Source: SAR202 cluster bacterium
Lineage (GTDB): Bacteria; Chloroflexota; Dehalococcoidia; Lucifugimonadales; UBA6927
Length of the DNA stretch: 64,000 nucleotides
Direction of reading: 5' to 3'
NCBI GenBank assembly: GCA_022447855.1
Contig: JAKUTX010000005.1
Coordinates: forward strand, 4,467 to 68,466
The notes below the pieces were generated by a model that was given only the letters and a program-made list of their open reading frames with translations, was not told the origin of the DNA and searched no databases. Both the position numbers and the translations under genes were made by a program. Below, piece after piece: positions 9,427 to 18,976 of the stretch. The stretch's first letter is position 1. Each line of letters opens with the position of its first letter.

Positions 9427-10566
9427 TTGCACATGGCTATTAAAAAGAATTCTAATTCAAAGTCGTTGGTTGTGGTTCAGTTAGCTGGTGGAAATGATGC
9501 TCTCAATACTATTATCCCCTATACGGATTCAAGATATTTTGATAATAGGCGTAATGTAGCCTTGTCCCAAGAAAGTGTGATCAAGCTTAATGATGAGCTT
9601 GGCATGCGGCCTGGAATGGATACGTTTAAGAAATTTTGGGATTCTGGGCAATTAGCAATTATTAATGGGATTGGCTATCCAAACCCAAACAGGTCACATT
9701 TTCGCTCAATGGATATTTGGTATACAGCTGATAATGAAAATTTAGGGCAAGAGGGATGGTTAGGAAAGACGATTCGTGACCTTGACCCTTATGCGGAGAA
9801 TGTTCTTACAGGAGTGAATTTTGGTCGATCTCTCCCCAGAGCAATGTATGCCAAAGATGTTCCGGTTTCTTCTGTTGGAAATTTAGATACGTATGGATTA
9901 TTTCCTGACATGGAGTCAGAGCTGGATCGAGAGAATACGGTGAATGCATTTTCTAGGATGTATGGTGGTAGAGGGAAAGATCTGATCAAAGATTTTATTT
10001 CACAAACTGGAGTGAACGCACTAAAAGGTGCAGATGTTATTCGAAGTGTTTCTGGCAAATATTCGAGTCCTATTGAGTATTCCTCAAGTGCAATTGCTCA
10101 GCAATTACAATCTATTTCAAAGGTTATATGTGCTGATATTGGTACTCGAATTTACTATACTACCTATGGTGGTTTTGACACTCATTCTGGGTTAGTTGAC
10201 ACACATAGCAAGCTTTGGAATGGTCTCTCCTCAGCTATAGGGGATTTTATGGATGATCTTCAATTTCATGATAAGCATGAAGATATAATGGTTCTTATTT
10301 GGTCCGAGTTTGGTAGACGAGTAGCAGATAATGGTGCTGGTTCAGACCATGGTGCTGGAGGAGTAGGCTTTCTTTTGGGATCTGCTGTAGACGGTGGGTT
10401 TTATGGGGAATATCCATCATTGGAGCCCAAATATTTAGATGAAGGGGATTTGAAGTTTAATAATGATTTTCGAGGAACGTACTCTTCGATTTTGGAACAA
10501 TGGTTTGAATTGGATCCAGTTTCGATTGTAGGTGGAAATTACGAGCAATTTTCTATAGTTAAATAA
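9427..10566 (+). CDS. DUF1501 family protein (sulfatase/alkaline-phosphatase-like fold), leaderless
   Basis: 379 aa. Clear paralogue of 27203..28363, sharing blocks QL(A/S)GGND, GxGYP(N/S)PNRSHFRSMDIW(Y/H)TA, GWLGKTIR(D/E)LDP, SEFGRR and DHG. No Tat or Sec leader. The start could be TTG 9427 or ATG 9433. Confidence 0.8.
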   Translation: MHMAIKKNSNSKSLVVVQLAGGNDALNTIIPYTDSRYFDNRRNVALSQESVIKLNDELGMRPGMDTFKKFWDSGQLAIINGIGYPNPNRSHFRSMDIWYTADNENLGQEGWLGKTIRDLDPYAENVLTGVNFGRSLPRAMYAKDVPVSSVGNLDTYGLFPDMESELDRENTVNAFSRMYGGRGKDLIKDFISQTGVNALKGADVIRSVSGKYSSPIEYSSSAIAQQLQSISKVICADIGTRIYYTTYGGFDTHSGLVDTHSKLWNGLSSAIGDFMDDLQFHDKHEDIMVLIWSEFGRRVADNGAGSDHGAGGVGFLLGSAVDGGFYGEYPSLEPKYLDEGDLKFNNDFRGTYSSILEQWFELDPVSIVGGNYEQFSIVK

Positions 10567-10588
10567 ATTCAACTTTCAGTATTACTTG

Positions 10589-11092
10589 TTACCATTTTAT
10601 GACACTTTCATAGTCTATAGAAAGTGTAGATTTTATAGAACGAATCTCCACTAAGAATAATGCGGCGATAGGTGAGTATCCGGCTTCTGTGAGTAGATCT
10701 ACAGCTCCTTGAGAAGTCCCTCCAGTGGCTAAAACGTCATCGAATATTAGTATGCTCCCACTTCCAGTTTGAGCTTCTAGTTGGGCCTTTCCGTATTCTA
10801 ATTCATGATCAATTTTTTTAGTTTCACCTGGTAATCTACCAAGTTTGTTTCGAAGTTGGACAATTCCTTTATTCAGTCTATCTGCCAAGATTGAACCTAT
10901 TAAAAACCCTCTTGCTTCAATTAAACCAAAGTAGTCAAATGATTCTAAATATGGGTGGATTGTCTTGATACAATCTTCTACTAAATGATCACGAGAAGAA
11001 TTGTCTAAGTATATTCCGTTCAAGTCTAGATAGTTGATTCCTTTGATTGGAAAGTTTTTATAAGTACGGATCTTCTTGATGTAACAAGTCAA
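10589..11092 (-). CDS. apt: adenine phosphoribosyltransferase
   Basis: 167 aa. PRPP-binding motif ILIFDDVLATGGT. Confidence 0.85.
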   Translation of the reverse strand: MTCYIKKIRTYKNFPIKGINYLDLNGIYLDNSSRDHLVEDCIKTIHPYLESFDYFGLIEARGFLIGSILADRLNKGIVQLRNKLGRLPGETKKIDHELEYGKAQLEAQTGSGSILIFDDVLATGGTSQGAVDLLTEAGYSPIAALFLVEIRSIKSTLSIDYESVIKW

Positions 11093-11105
11093 AGTTTTAA
11101 ATCCA

Positions 11106-11351
11106 TTATTTGTAAAAATTCTTTACATAACCATTACAAAGAATAGTTATAGGTATCAGTCCTTCTTGTAGAACAACAAATTTTTCTATGTATTGATTTA
11201 GTTTTTCTGTAGGTATGTATTCTAGATCTTCTAATAATTGAGTAAATTTTTCTTTTGGCAATTCTAATTCTGCTCTTCGTATATTTGCTTGAATTTCAAC
11301 AGAAAGAGAAGTTAGGTTATTCTGTTGAGGGTTCTTTTGTATGTTAGTCAT
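11106..11351 (-). CDS. hypothetical protein
   Basis: 81-aa ORF upstream of and co-oriented with apt. No motif recognised. Confidence 0.3.
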   Translation of the reverse strand: MTNIQKNPQQNNLTSLSVEIQANIRRAELELPKEKFTQLLEDLEYIPTEKLNQYIEKFVVLQEGLIPITILCNGYVKNFYK

Positions 11352-11604
11352 TCATACTCCGTATTAGTTAAGTATTTGGAATCTCAGTTTTCTTCTAGAA
11401 CAAGGGTAATTCTAGTGTTTGACTAAAGAACTTTATTTTGGATTTCATCGGATGTCAACTATAAAGTCAATTTGTATTCAGGGATATTGTTTTTGAATAA
11501 TTTTCTGGTTGGACTATTCGACTTAGAGCATTGATCAATGTATGCTTTGTCATCGACATATAATTTAATTTGTTAGATTTTACTTAATATTGGGAGATAG
11601 GAAA

Positions 11605-12570
11605 ATGACGAAATTTATTTTTATGCCCCCTCAAGATGGTTTGAAACCTCAGTTTTCTTTACAGCTGGCTGATTCGTTTCCAGAATTGGAAGTTGTATCT
11701 CCTAAAACAGATGAAGAGGCTCTTGAAGCTATAAAAGATGCTGATGCGGCAATGGGATGGATTCCTCCAGAAGCTTTGAAGGTTGCCGAGAAACTAAAGT
11801 GGTTACATAATCCTGATGCAGGTCCATTTTATGGATACTACTATGATGAATTAATAAAACATTCTCTAACTATTACAAATCCAAGAGGGATTTATTGGGA
11901 TCATATTTCCCACCATGTATTGATGTTTTTATTTGCTTTGTCTAGAGGATTACCCTGGTTTGAAACTGCTAAGAGAGAAAAATTATGGAAAAAAGATGCT
12001 AGGAAAACGCCGTATATTTTTCTGGGAGAAGCAACTGTGTTAATCAATGGAGTAGGAGGTATAGGTCATGAAACTGCAAGATTGTGTTTGGAACTAGGAA
12101 TGAATGTGATTGGAATTGATCCTAGACCTGAATACAAATTAGAGGGTGTAGAAATTTATTCCCCAAATGAAATTGCTACACATTTGCCTAAAGCAGATTT
12201 TGTTGTTTCTACAGTCCCGCATACTCCAGAAACTGAATTGATGTTCAACACCAATACATTTAAATTAATGAAAAATTCAGCTTATTTCATTAATGTGGGA
12301 CGTGGTAAGGTATGTTCAATAGATGATCTTGCAGATGCAATTGAACATGGTGAAATTGCAGGTTGTGGGTTAGACGTATTTGAGATCGAGCCTTTACCTA
12401 GTGATCACAGATTGTGGGTTTTGGATAATGTGTTGATAACTCCTCATATTGCTGTAGCGGATGCTGAGAACTTACCCAATCGAAGATATCAAGTGCTTGT
12501 TGATAACGTAAGAAATTTCCTTAATGGAAATGAATTAAATAATATTGTTGATAAAGAAAAATGGTTTTAA
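11605..12570 (+). CDS. D-isomer-specific 2-hydroxyacid dehydrogenase family protein
   Basis: NAD-binding GxGxxG (NGVGGIGHE), NVGRG and ITPHIA catalytic-His blocks. The track starts at TTG 11590; ATG 11605 (MTKFIF) with an upstream GGGAGATAGG RBS is more likely. Confidence 0.8.
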   Translation: MTKFIFMPPQDGLKPQFSLQLADSFPELEVVSPKTDEEALEAIKDADAAMGWIPPEALKVAEKLKWLHNPDAGPFYGYYYDELIKHSLTITNPRGIYWDHISHHVLMFLFALSRGLPWFETAKREKLWKKDARKTPYIFLGEATVLINGVGGIGHETARLCLELGMNVIGIDPRPEYKLEGVEIYSPNEIATHLPKADFVVSTVPHTPETELMFNTNTFKLMKNSAYFINVGRGKVCSIDDLADAIEHGEIAGCGLDVFEIEPLPSDHRLWVLDNVLITPHIAVADAENLPNRRYQVLVDNVRNFLNGNELNNIVDKEKWF

Positions 12571-12607
12571 GAGAAGATTGTGTAAATATTTTAAATTTTT
12601 GAGATAT

Positions 12608-13501
12608 TTATACGTTTAGCTTCCAAGAATTGATAGTTGATTGTTTTTCAACTGAAATCCCTGGCTTTTCAGGATTTATTTGTTTAATTAAGCTTTCGAT
12701 AGAATTTAGTTTTGAAATCATGTCTGTATAGTTTTTGTGAGTGCTTTTGCTGTTAGTAAATGGCTGCGGAGAATATTCTCTTTTTTGGTCATAGAACCAT
12801 TTAAAGTGAGGCATTATTTCGAAGAAAAATTTTCTATACTGTGGATCGATTTGATTTATCCAAGGTTTTGCATTGAATTTATTTGCCAAATCATTAAATC
12901 CGGAGGTTTCTAGCTCTTCGCCTCTCATTTCCCAGGTTTTAAATTGTAGTTGAAGCTCTTCATAAAGGGTATTGTAATAGTTTTTAGTTGTCGAATATCC
13001 ATTTAATATTTCCGCACACCAAAAGATCTCTGCTTTCAAACATTTTTGTTCAATGTCGTTCCATATATCTGTAGCATAGGAGATTCTTAAATACCATTTA
13101 ACTATGCCTATAGAAGGAGCACAGGAGAACTTTTTTACATACCACATTGCACAATCCAGGGCATTTCTTGATTGATCCCATGGGATTATATGTGAGAATT
13201 TATTTATGGATGTAGGCCACTCAAATTTTTCTCGTTCTTCAATATTAGGTATTAGATTTTCCGTTTTGATTTTTCTAATATATTCACGGGTGGTTCTAAA
13301 TGTTGGGTAATTATTATATATATTTTGGGTAATTTTATCGTTATTTGTGTAATCATGATTTTCTGAAGATATTTCAGCTGCTTTTGTTAGTGACCAGTTT
13401 TTTATTTCATTGAAAATTTCAGGCGCTTTTTCCTTTTTGTTATTTATTAATAGATCAGCTATCTTTTCTATGAATATTATATTTATTGGTTGTCTAGGCA
13501 T
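12608..13501 (-). CDS. hypothetical protein (orphan, Trp/Tyr/Asn-rich)
   Basis: 297-aa uninterrupted ORF in a very AT-rich segment. No signal peptide, TM helix or recognisable motif. Confidence 0.45.
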   Translation of the reverse strand: MPRQPINIIFIEKIADLLINNKKEKAPEIFNEIKNWSLTKAAEISSENHDYTNNDKITQNIYNNYPTFRTTREYIRKIKTENLIPNIEEREKFEWPTSINKFSHIIPWDQSRNALDCAMWYVKKFSCAPSIGIVKWYLRISYATDIWNDIEQKCLKAEIFWCAEILNGYSTTKNYYNTLYEELQLQFKTWEMRGEELETSGFNDLANKFNAKPWINQIDPQYRKFFFEIMPHFKWFYDQKREYSPQPFTNSKSTHKNYTDMISKLNSIESLIKQINPEKPGISVEKQSTINSWKLNV

Positions 13502-13659
13502 GTTTTATCCTTTTATGTAATTCATCATATTATAACAGTGAATTATTAAATTAAAACCGTTTTTATTAATTTAAACTGTTTTAATATCAATTTTTATATC
13601 ATCATAAATTTGAATAATTTTTTTAATTAGATATAATTTTCATGGTTTAGGAGTTCAAA

Positions 13660-14760
13660 ATGAAAATTACTGATATATCCGTCCATAGAGTTTCAATTTC
13701 TCAGAATTCTAATACTCGATTGCTACTTCAAGTACATACTGATGAAGGTGTGACTGGCATTTCGGAGGCTGGCAGAAATTTGCTTGTTACGCGTGCTTAC
13801 CTTGAGGAGTTGATTAAACCACTCTTGCGTGGAGAGGATCCGTGTCGTCCCAAAAGGATTTGGGAGTTGTTATCTTTGGGTGATTCCGACAAGGCTACGC
13901 GTTTTCCTTCTGCAATAGTTGGAGCTATAGATGTTGCTTTGTGGGATATTACAGCCAAATCTGCTGGGCTTCCGTTGTATTCTTTTTTGGGTGGAGCTTC
14001 ACGTATTGAAATCCCATTATACTGGAGTATAGGTAGCGGATGGAGAAAGTCACCTGAACAAATGTTAGATGATGTTCAGCAAGGTTTTGATAAAGGCTAT
14101 AGAGCATTTAAAGTACGTATGGATTGGCGTGACTATCGACAAGATTCTAATCCGATTCAAGATTTTGCTATTTTTCAAAAATGTAGAGAATGGCTTCCCG
14201 ATGATTGCCCGCTTAGTTTTGACGCAAATTGTGGGTATTCTGTTCCAACTGCAATTGAGCAGGGCCGTCGTCTAGAGGAATTAGGTGTAGCTCATTTTGA
14301 GGAGCCTTTACCTCAATATGACTATCCGGGCTTAAAACAAGTTGTTGATGCCTTAGATTGCGCTGTTTCTACGGGAGAGAATGATATTTCTTCATGGAGA
14401 TTTCGAGATTTAATTACTTTGGGGAATCCAGATATTCTTCAGCCTGATATTTTAAATGTAGGTGGGTTGTCAGAGATGATGAGAGTCTATGAACTCGCAG
14501 TTGTTCATAACAAAATTGTGATGCCTCATAGCCCAAGTGTGGGAGCTAATTCAATGGCCAGTTTGCATTTGTATTCCACAATAAAAAATGCTGTAAGGCC
14601 GCATGAATTTTCTGAAGAATTTACTGGACCTGCTGAAGAAGTATCACAATTATTCATTGATCCAGTTTTACCACATAATGGCAAAATCACTTTGCCAGAT
14701 CGTCCAGGTTTAGGTTTAGAGATTGATCCAGTAGAATTAAAGAAGCGTATTTTAGAATAA
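13660..14760 (+). CDS. enolase-superfamily enzyme (mandelate racemase/muconate lactonizing enzyme family) 1
   Basis: 366 aa. N-terminal capping-domain block AIDVALWDITAKSAGLPLYSFLGG. Barrel blocks FDAN.., HFEEP.. and STGEN fit the three metal-ligand strands. Confidence 0.85.
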   Translation: MKITDISVHRVSISQNSNTRLLLQVHTDEGVTGISEAGRNLLVTRAYLEELIKPLLRGEDPCRPKRIWELLSLGDSDKATRFPSAIVGAIDVALWDITAKSAGLPLYSFLGGASRIEIPLYWSIGSGWRKSPEQMLDDVQQGFDKGYRAFKVRMDWRDYRQDSNPIQDFAIFQKCREWLPDDCPLSFDANCGYSVPTAIEQGRRLEELGVAHFEEPLPQYDYPGLKQVVDALDCAVSTGENDISSWRFRDLITLGNPDILQPDILNVGGLSEMMRVYELAVVHNKIVMPHSPSVGANSMASLHLYSTIKNAVRPHEFSEEFTGPAEEVSQLFIDPVLPHNGKITLPDRPGLGLEIDPVELKKRILE

Positions 14761-14766
14761 ATAGGA

Positions 14767-15084
14767 GTGAATTTGGAACCTATAATTAAGAACTTTGCTA
14801 ATTTTCAAAACCCTATCCTCTCGAAAGAAGACGGTGCTAGGAAATATGTGATGCTTTATGTTCAGCACGAACCCGGAGAGAATTCGCCTTTACACATACA
14901 TCCTTGGGAGCATCAAGCTTTTATCACTGAAGGATCTGGGAAGCTTTTTTGTGATGGTGTTGAGTATCCAATTTCTAAAGGAGATTGTATTCGTGTTCCT
15001 GAGAATACCGAACATCAATTTCGTAATACTGGGGAAGTTAAATTGAGTAGGGTAACAGTAAATCCCATTAGTTCGGTCGAATAA
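14767..15084 (+). CDS. cupin-domain protein
   Basis: 105 aa. Cupin motif-1-like PGENSPLHIHPWEH and motif-2-like PENTEHQFRN. 6 nt downstream of enolase paralogue 1. Confidence 0.7.
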   Translation: MNLEPIIKNFANFQNPILSKEDGARKYVMLYVQHEPGENSPLHIHPWEHQAFITEGSGKLFCDGVEYPISKGDCIRVPENTEHQFRNTGEVKLSRVTVNPISSVE

Positions 15085-15087
15085 GAA

Positions 15088-15438
15088 TTAAGATGGTACG
15101 TCGATTTTGACTATCACAGCAGCATTTACTATAAGACTGTAATCCCCTGAACCTTTTCTACCTTCGATTTCTAATCCCCCGTCGACGATATTTATTTTGC
15201 CGTTTCCGTGTGGCAGTTCATCTAATAAAACTTTTTGATCTATTTCTTTTGGTCTAGTAGTTGCTACAGTAACTTCTACTATCATGTTTTTAGAAGTATT
15301 TGGTCCAAACAATCCTAAGAACATCAAACTACTTTGGTGGATTGCATTCCATACGGCTCTTCTAGCAGCTTCTGTGACATTTTGACCATGTAAATCAATT
15401 CCTGTTCCAAATTCAATTATTGCTGGTTGTAGAGACAT
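15088..15438 (-). CDS. small conserved hypothetical protein (possibly Lin0512-like family)
   Basis: 116 aa. The N-terminal block IEFGTGIDLHGQNVTEAARRAV resembles my recollection of the Lin0512 family. Assignment is tentative. Confidence 0.4.
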   Translation of the reverse strand: MSLQPAIIEFGTGIDLHGQNVTEAARRAVWNAIHQSSLMFLGLFGPNTSKNMIVEVTVATTRPKEIDQKVLLDELPHGNGKINIVDGGLEIEGRKGSGDYSLIVNAAVIVKIDVPS

Positions 15439-15457
15439 TTTTTCTCCTTCAAATCTT

Positions 15458-16498
15458 TTAATTCTTAAAGTATCGAGCTAGGAACTCCCATGCTCCGTCT
15501 TTGTAATAGCGATGAGCTCCATCGCCAATGTACAATTGACAGTGCTCTGATGCATTAGCGAATTTATATATTGATTTAAGTTTGGAAAAAGCAAATTTTA
15601 CACATGTAATAGGAAATATTGGGTCAGTTCTACCCGCAATAACTTTGAATGGCCTTGGAGTGATTAGGCCTGCGATGTCATACATTTCTCCAAGCCTTAA
15701 GATTCCAGGGACATAATTGCAATCACAATGTCTCATAGCCCCAATACTTCCTTTGAAAGTGCAAAAATAACAACTGGGAATTGCAATCGCAATTCTAGTA
15801 TCAATTGCAGCTGTGAATAAAGTAATTGTCCCACCGCCTGAATTTCCAGTCATAGCAATTTTGGATTGATCAATTGGTAGATTCTCTATCGCCCAAGAGA
15901 TTATACATTGCATGTCCCAGACTCTTTCACCAATTGGAGTACGGCCTACCAAAAGACCGTGCATTAATTGTTCTCTACAAGAATAAGTTTTGTCCTCTTT
16001 TATATCTGCAGCGGTTCTTGTTTCACCGAATGCTCTTGTTGTAGGAGCAATTGCTATGTAACCTTCTTTTACTGCCTGAACTGCAATATCACGATCACCT
16101 CCATACATTTTCTGGTAATCTTCTTCATTTTTTGCAATACCTACATACATATCAGGCGGGTTATGTCCGTGAGGAGTAATTACTAAAGGTAATGATTTTT
16201 GATTTGATATTGGTTTAAGTAAGTAAAACGGCAGAGGCACGGTTGGTTCAACCAAAATAGTCCATTCTTCGCGTATGTAATTATCTATTTCTATGGAATT
16301 ATGGCAGATAGCTGAGGGAACATGTTTTTCTAGATCACTTCCCAATAGGTCAAGACCAAGGTGAGATCTTAATTTTGATCTAAATTGATTTTGCCAATAT
16401 GAAAGGTTTTGAATTTTATCGGTGTTAAATTCAAATTCTGATTCGAAGATCTCAAATGTTTTGTTGAAATGGACTGTAGAATTGTAAGTCATGATCAT
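15458..16498 (-). CDS. alpha/beta-hydrolase esterase (acetyl-xylan-esterase/CE7-like)
   Basis: 346 aa. Nucleophile elbow GxSxG (TGNSGGG) and a C-terminal His region (GDGAHRYY). No signal peptide. Confidence 0.6.
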   Translation of the reverse strand: MIMTYNSTVHFNKTFEIFESEFEFNTDKIQNLSYWQNQFRSKLRSHLGLDLLGSDLEKHVPSAICHNSIEIDNYIREEWTILVEPTVPLPFYLLKPISNQKSLPLVITPHGHNPPDMYVGIAKNEEDYQKMYGGDRDIAVQAVKEGYIAIAPTTRAFGETRTAADIKEDKTYSCREQLMHGLLVGRTPIGERVWDMQCIISWAIENLPIDQSKIAMTGNSGGGTITLFTAAIDTRIAIAIPSCYFCTFKGSIGAMRHCDCNYVPGILRLGEMYDIAGLITPRPFKVIAGRTDPIFPITCVKFAFSKLKSIYKFANASEHCQLYIGDGAHRYYKDGAWEFLARYFKN

Positions 16499-16602
16499 CT
16501 CTCTTGATATACGAAGTGTAAATTAAATGATTATATAATATTGGAGAAATTAAATTACTTGGGTTATAGTCATTTCAGTTAAATTACCTAGGAGATATTG
16601 TC

Positions 16603-18192
16603 ATGGATAGACGTCCGAACATCCTTTTTGCATTTGCTGATGATTGGGGAAGATATGCGAGTATATACCGTTCATTTCAGGCAGAAAATTCTCTTAATAA
16701 TCTAATTGACACACCTAATTTTGACAGAATTGCGACTGAAGGAGCATTGTTTTTGAATGCTTATGTGCCAGCACCAAGTTGTACTCCTTGCAGGAGTTCT
16801 ATTTTGTCTGGAAGCTACTTTTGGGAGACTGGACTTGGAGCAATTTTAAGAGGAGCAGTCTGGGATGAAGAAATTCCAACATATCCATTAATTTTAGAAG
16901 AAAACGGATATCACATTGGTTACACATATAAGGTTTGGTCTCCAGGAAAAGCAATTAATGCTCCATATGGAGGAGAAAGAACGAGATATGAAGCATTCGG
17001 CAGTGATTTTAATCAGTTTTCGCATGTGGTGACTGAGATTTCTAAGAATATGGGCATTGATGAAGCTAAAAAGATTCTATTTGACGAAACCGTTGAAAAT
17101 TTTAAGAGTTTTTTGTCAGACCGACCCAATGGAAATCCATTTTGTTATTGGTGGGGTCCCACGAATACTCACCGTACCTGGGAGAGAGGTTCAGGTAAGC
17201 ATCTTTGGGGAATAGATCCTGATAGCTTGACAGGTAGATTGCCGGAATTCCTACCTGATGTACATGAAATTAGAGAGGACGTAGCCGATTATTTAGGAGA
17301 ATGCCTTGCTTTTGACGCTGGGCTTGGAAAGATTATAGAAACTTTAGAAGAATCTGGTGAATTAGATAACACTTTAATTGTGATTAGTGGTGATCATGGT
17401 ATTCCTGGTATTCCTAGGGCAAAATGTAATCTTTATGATATTGGTACTGAGGTAGCACTTGCCGTCAGATGGCCTGAAAAAATTCGTCCTGGAAGAGTAG
17501 TAGATGATTTTGTAAATCTTATGGACTTAGCTCCGACGTTTTTGGAAGTTGCCGATGTGCAACCTCCTACGTCGATGAGTGCTAAAAGTTTAATGAATGT
17601 ACTAATTAGTAATCAAAGTGTTGGTCAGATAGATTCCGATCGAGATTGGGTTGTTACTGGTCGTGAAAGACATGTAGAAAATGCTAGATCTGGAGGGTTG
17701 CCATATCCTATGAGGGCAATAAGGACTAAAGATTTCTTATATATACGTAATTTCAAACCAGATCGTTGGCCTATGGGAGACCCTAAAGGATTAGATGATT
17801 TAACGGTAGATGCCCCTAAGTGGGAAGAAATTTCAACTGATACTCGTTGTGCTTATGGAGATTTGGATGCTAGTCCTACTAAGGCCTGGATGATTCATAA
17901 TCGAGCTGATCGCCATGTAACCGATTCTTTCGAACTTGCTTTTGGGAAAAGATCTTTGGAAGAACTTTATGATGTCCAGAACGACCCTGATCTTATGATT
18001 AATTTGGCAGAAGATTCTGCATTCAATGATATTAGGGTAGAGCTTGCTTCAAAATTGGATGAAATTTTAATTAAAAATAATGATCCACGTCTCTGTGAAA
18101 CCAATTGTAGATTTGAAAACGCTCCTTTTGCGGGTCCATTAAGTGACCATTATATTTCGCTTCGCGATTCCACTAATTATTTTGGAGCTTAA
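16603..18192 (+). CDS. Cys-type sulfatase (arylsulfatase family), leaderless
   Basis: 529 aa. N-terminal metal-binding block ILFAFADDWG, formylglycine motif C-x-P-x-R (SCTPCRSSILSG) and SGDHG block. No signal peptide. Confidence 0.85.
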   Translation: MDRRPNILFAFADDWGRYASIYRSFQAENSLNNLIDTPNFDRIATEGALFLNAYVPAPSCTPCRSSILSGSYFWETGLGAILRGAVWDEEIPTYPLILEENGYHIGYTYKVWSPGKAINAPYGGERTRYEAFGSDFNQFSHVVTEISKNMGIDEAKKILFDETVENFKSFLSDRPNGNPFCYWWGPTNTHRTWERGSGKHLWGIDPDSLTGRLPEFLPDVHEIREDVADYLGECLAFDAGLGKIIETLEESGELDNTLIVISGDHGIPGIPRAKCNLYDIGTEVALAVRWPEKIRPGRVVDDFVNLMDLAPTFLEVADVQPPTSMSAKSLMNVLISNQSVGQIDSDRDWVVTGRERHVENARSGGLPYPMRAIRTKDFLYIRNFKPDRWPMGDPKGLDDLTVDAPKWEEISTDTRCAYGDLDASPTKAWMIHNRADRHVTDSFELAFGKRSLEELYDVQNDPDLMINLAEDSAFNDIRVELASKLDEILIKNNDPRLCETNCRFENAPFAGPLSDHYISLRDSTNYFGA

Positions 18193-18216
18193 GCAGATCA
18201 TAAGTTGGTGATATGT

Positions 18217-18293
18217 TGGTGGGCCACCCTGGAATCGAACCAGGGACCTCAGTCTTATCAGGACTGCGCTCTAACCGACTGAGCTAGTGGCCC
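18217..18293 (-). tRNA. tRNA-Ile (anticodon GAU), CCA encoded
   Basis: Reverse complement folds as GGGCCAC-TA-GCTC-AGTCGGTT-AGAGC-G-CAGTC-CTGATAA-GACTG-AGGTC-CCTGG-TTCGATT-CCAGG-GTGGCCC-A-CCA. All four stems are fully paired. Confidence 0.95.
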
Positions 18294-18307
18294 AAGAAAC
18301 GAAATTT

Positions 18308-18721
18308 TCACGAAAGTTCACTTTCTGCAGGGTTATATTCTACTACAATTTCAACTGGAGTGTTTCGAGCTACAACTAGTTCCATTACTTCTGAATTGCT
18401 TTCATTTATTGGTTGATGGACTGAGTTGGCTGGAACATAAATGCAATCACCTGGACCAATATCCATAGAAATTTCCAGATTTGGACCTGTTAAGAATTTA
18501 CCACTGCCACTCGAGACGTAGATAGCGGTTTCACAATTTTTGTGATAGTGAGGACTTGCAGATGAATTCGGTTGAATTGTAGAGATTGCTAGATGTATAC
18601 CTGATGCACCAGTAAGAGATTCTGATACGCCAGCAATTCTAGACATTGCACCTGAAGAGATTTCCACTTCACGTTCATTTTGTCTTATAACTTTGCATAA
18701 CGGTGTTAGATCAGTTTTCAT
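18308..18721 (-). CDS. cupin-domain protein
   Basis: 137 aa. Cupin motifs SSASPHYHKNCETAIYV and PANSVHQPINES. Confidence 0.7.
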   Translation of the reverse strand: MKTDLTPLCKVIRQNEREVEISSGAMSRIAGVSESLTGASGIHLAISTIQPNSSASPHYHKNCETAIYVSSGSGKFLTGPNLEISMDIGPGDCIYVPANSVHQPINESNSEVMELVVARNTPVEIVVEYNPAESELS

Positions 18722-18869
18722 AAACTAACATTACAATTGCTCTACTTTATGGTCAAGTAAGGAATTAATTTATTCTTTCAAGAGTTGAGAGCTAAGTCTC
18801 TTCCTGTTAGAATCGCTCGTCTAGGAAGGTTGTTTTCAAATTACTTTTCGGGGGTAATTGAAACCGATT

Positions 18870-18944
18870 GCGGGAGTAACTCAGTGGTAGAGTATCTGCT
18901 TCCCAAGCAGAATGTCGCGGGTTCGAACCCCGTCTCCCGCTCCA
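18870..18944 (+). tRNA. tRNA-Gly (anticodon CCC), CCA encoded
   Basis: GCGGGAG-TA-ACTC-AGTGGT-AGAGT-A-TCTGC-TTCCCAA-GCAGA-ATGTC-GCGGG-TTCGAAC-CCCGT-CTCCCGC-T-CCA. Cloverleaf fully paired, with one G:U in the T stem. Confidence 0.95.
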
Positions 18945-18976
18945 TTAATCTTAGGGAAATAACCGCGGAGAGGATT

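Noticed and set aside
18785-18976. N-terminal 64 codons of track ORF 18785..19726
   Set aside because: This part reads straight through tRNA-Gly(CCC) at 18870..18944. The Rossmann GxxGxxG motif follows the internal ATG at 18977, which has its own GGAGAGG RBS, so the extension is an ORF-calling artefact.
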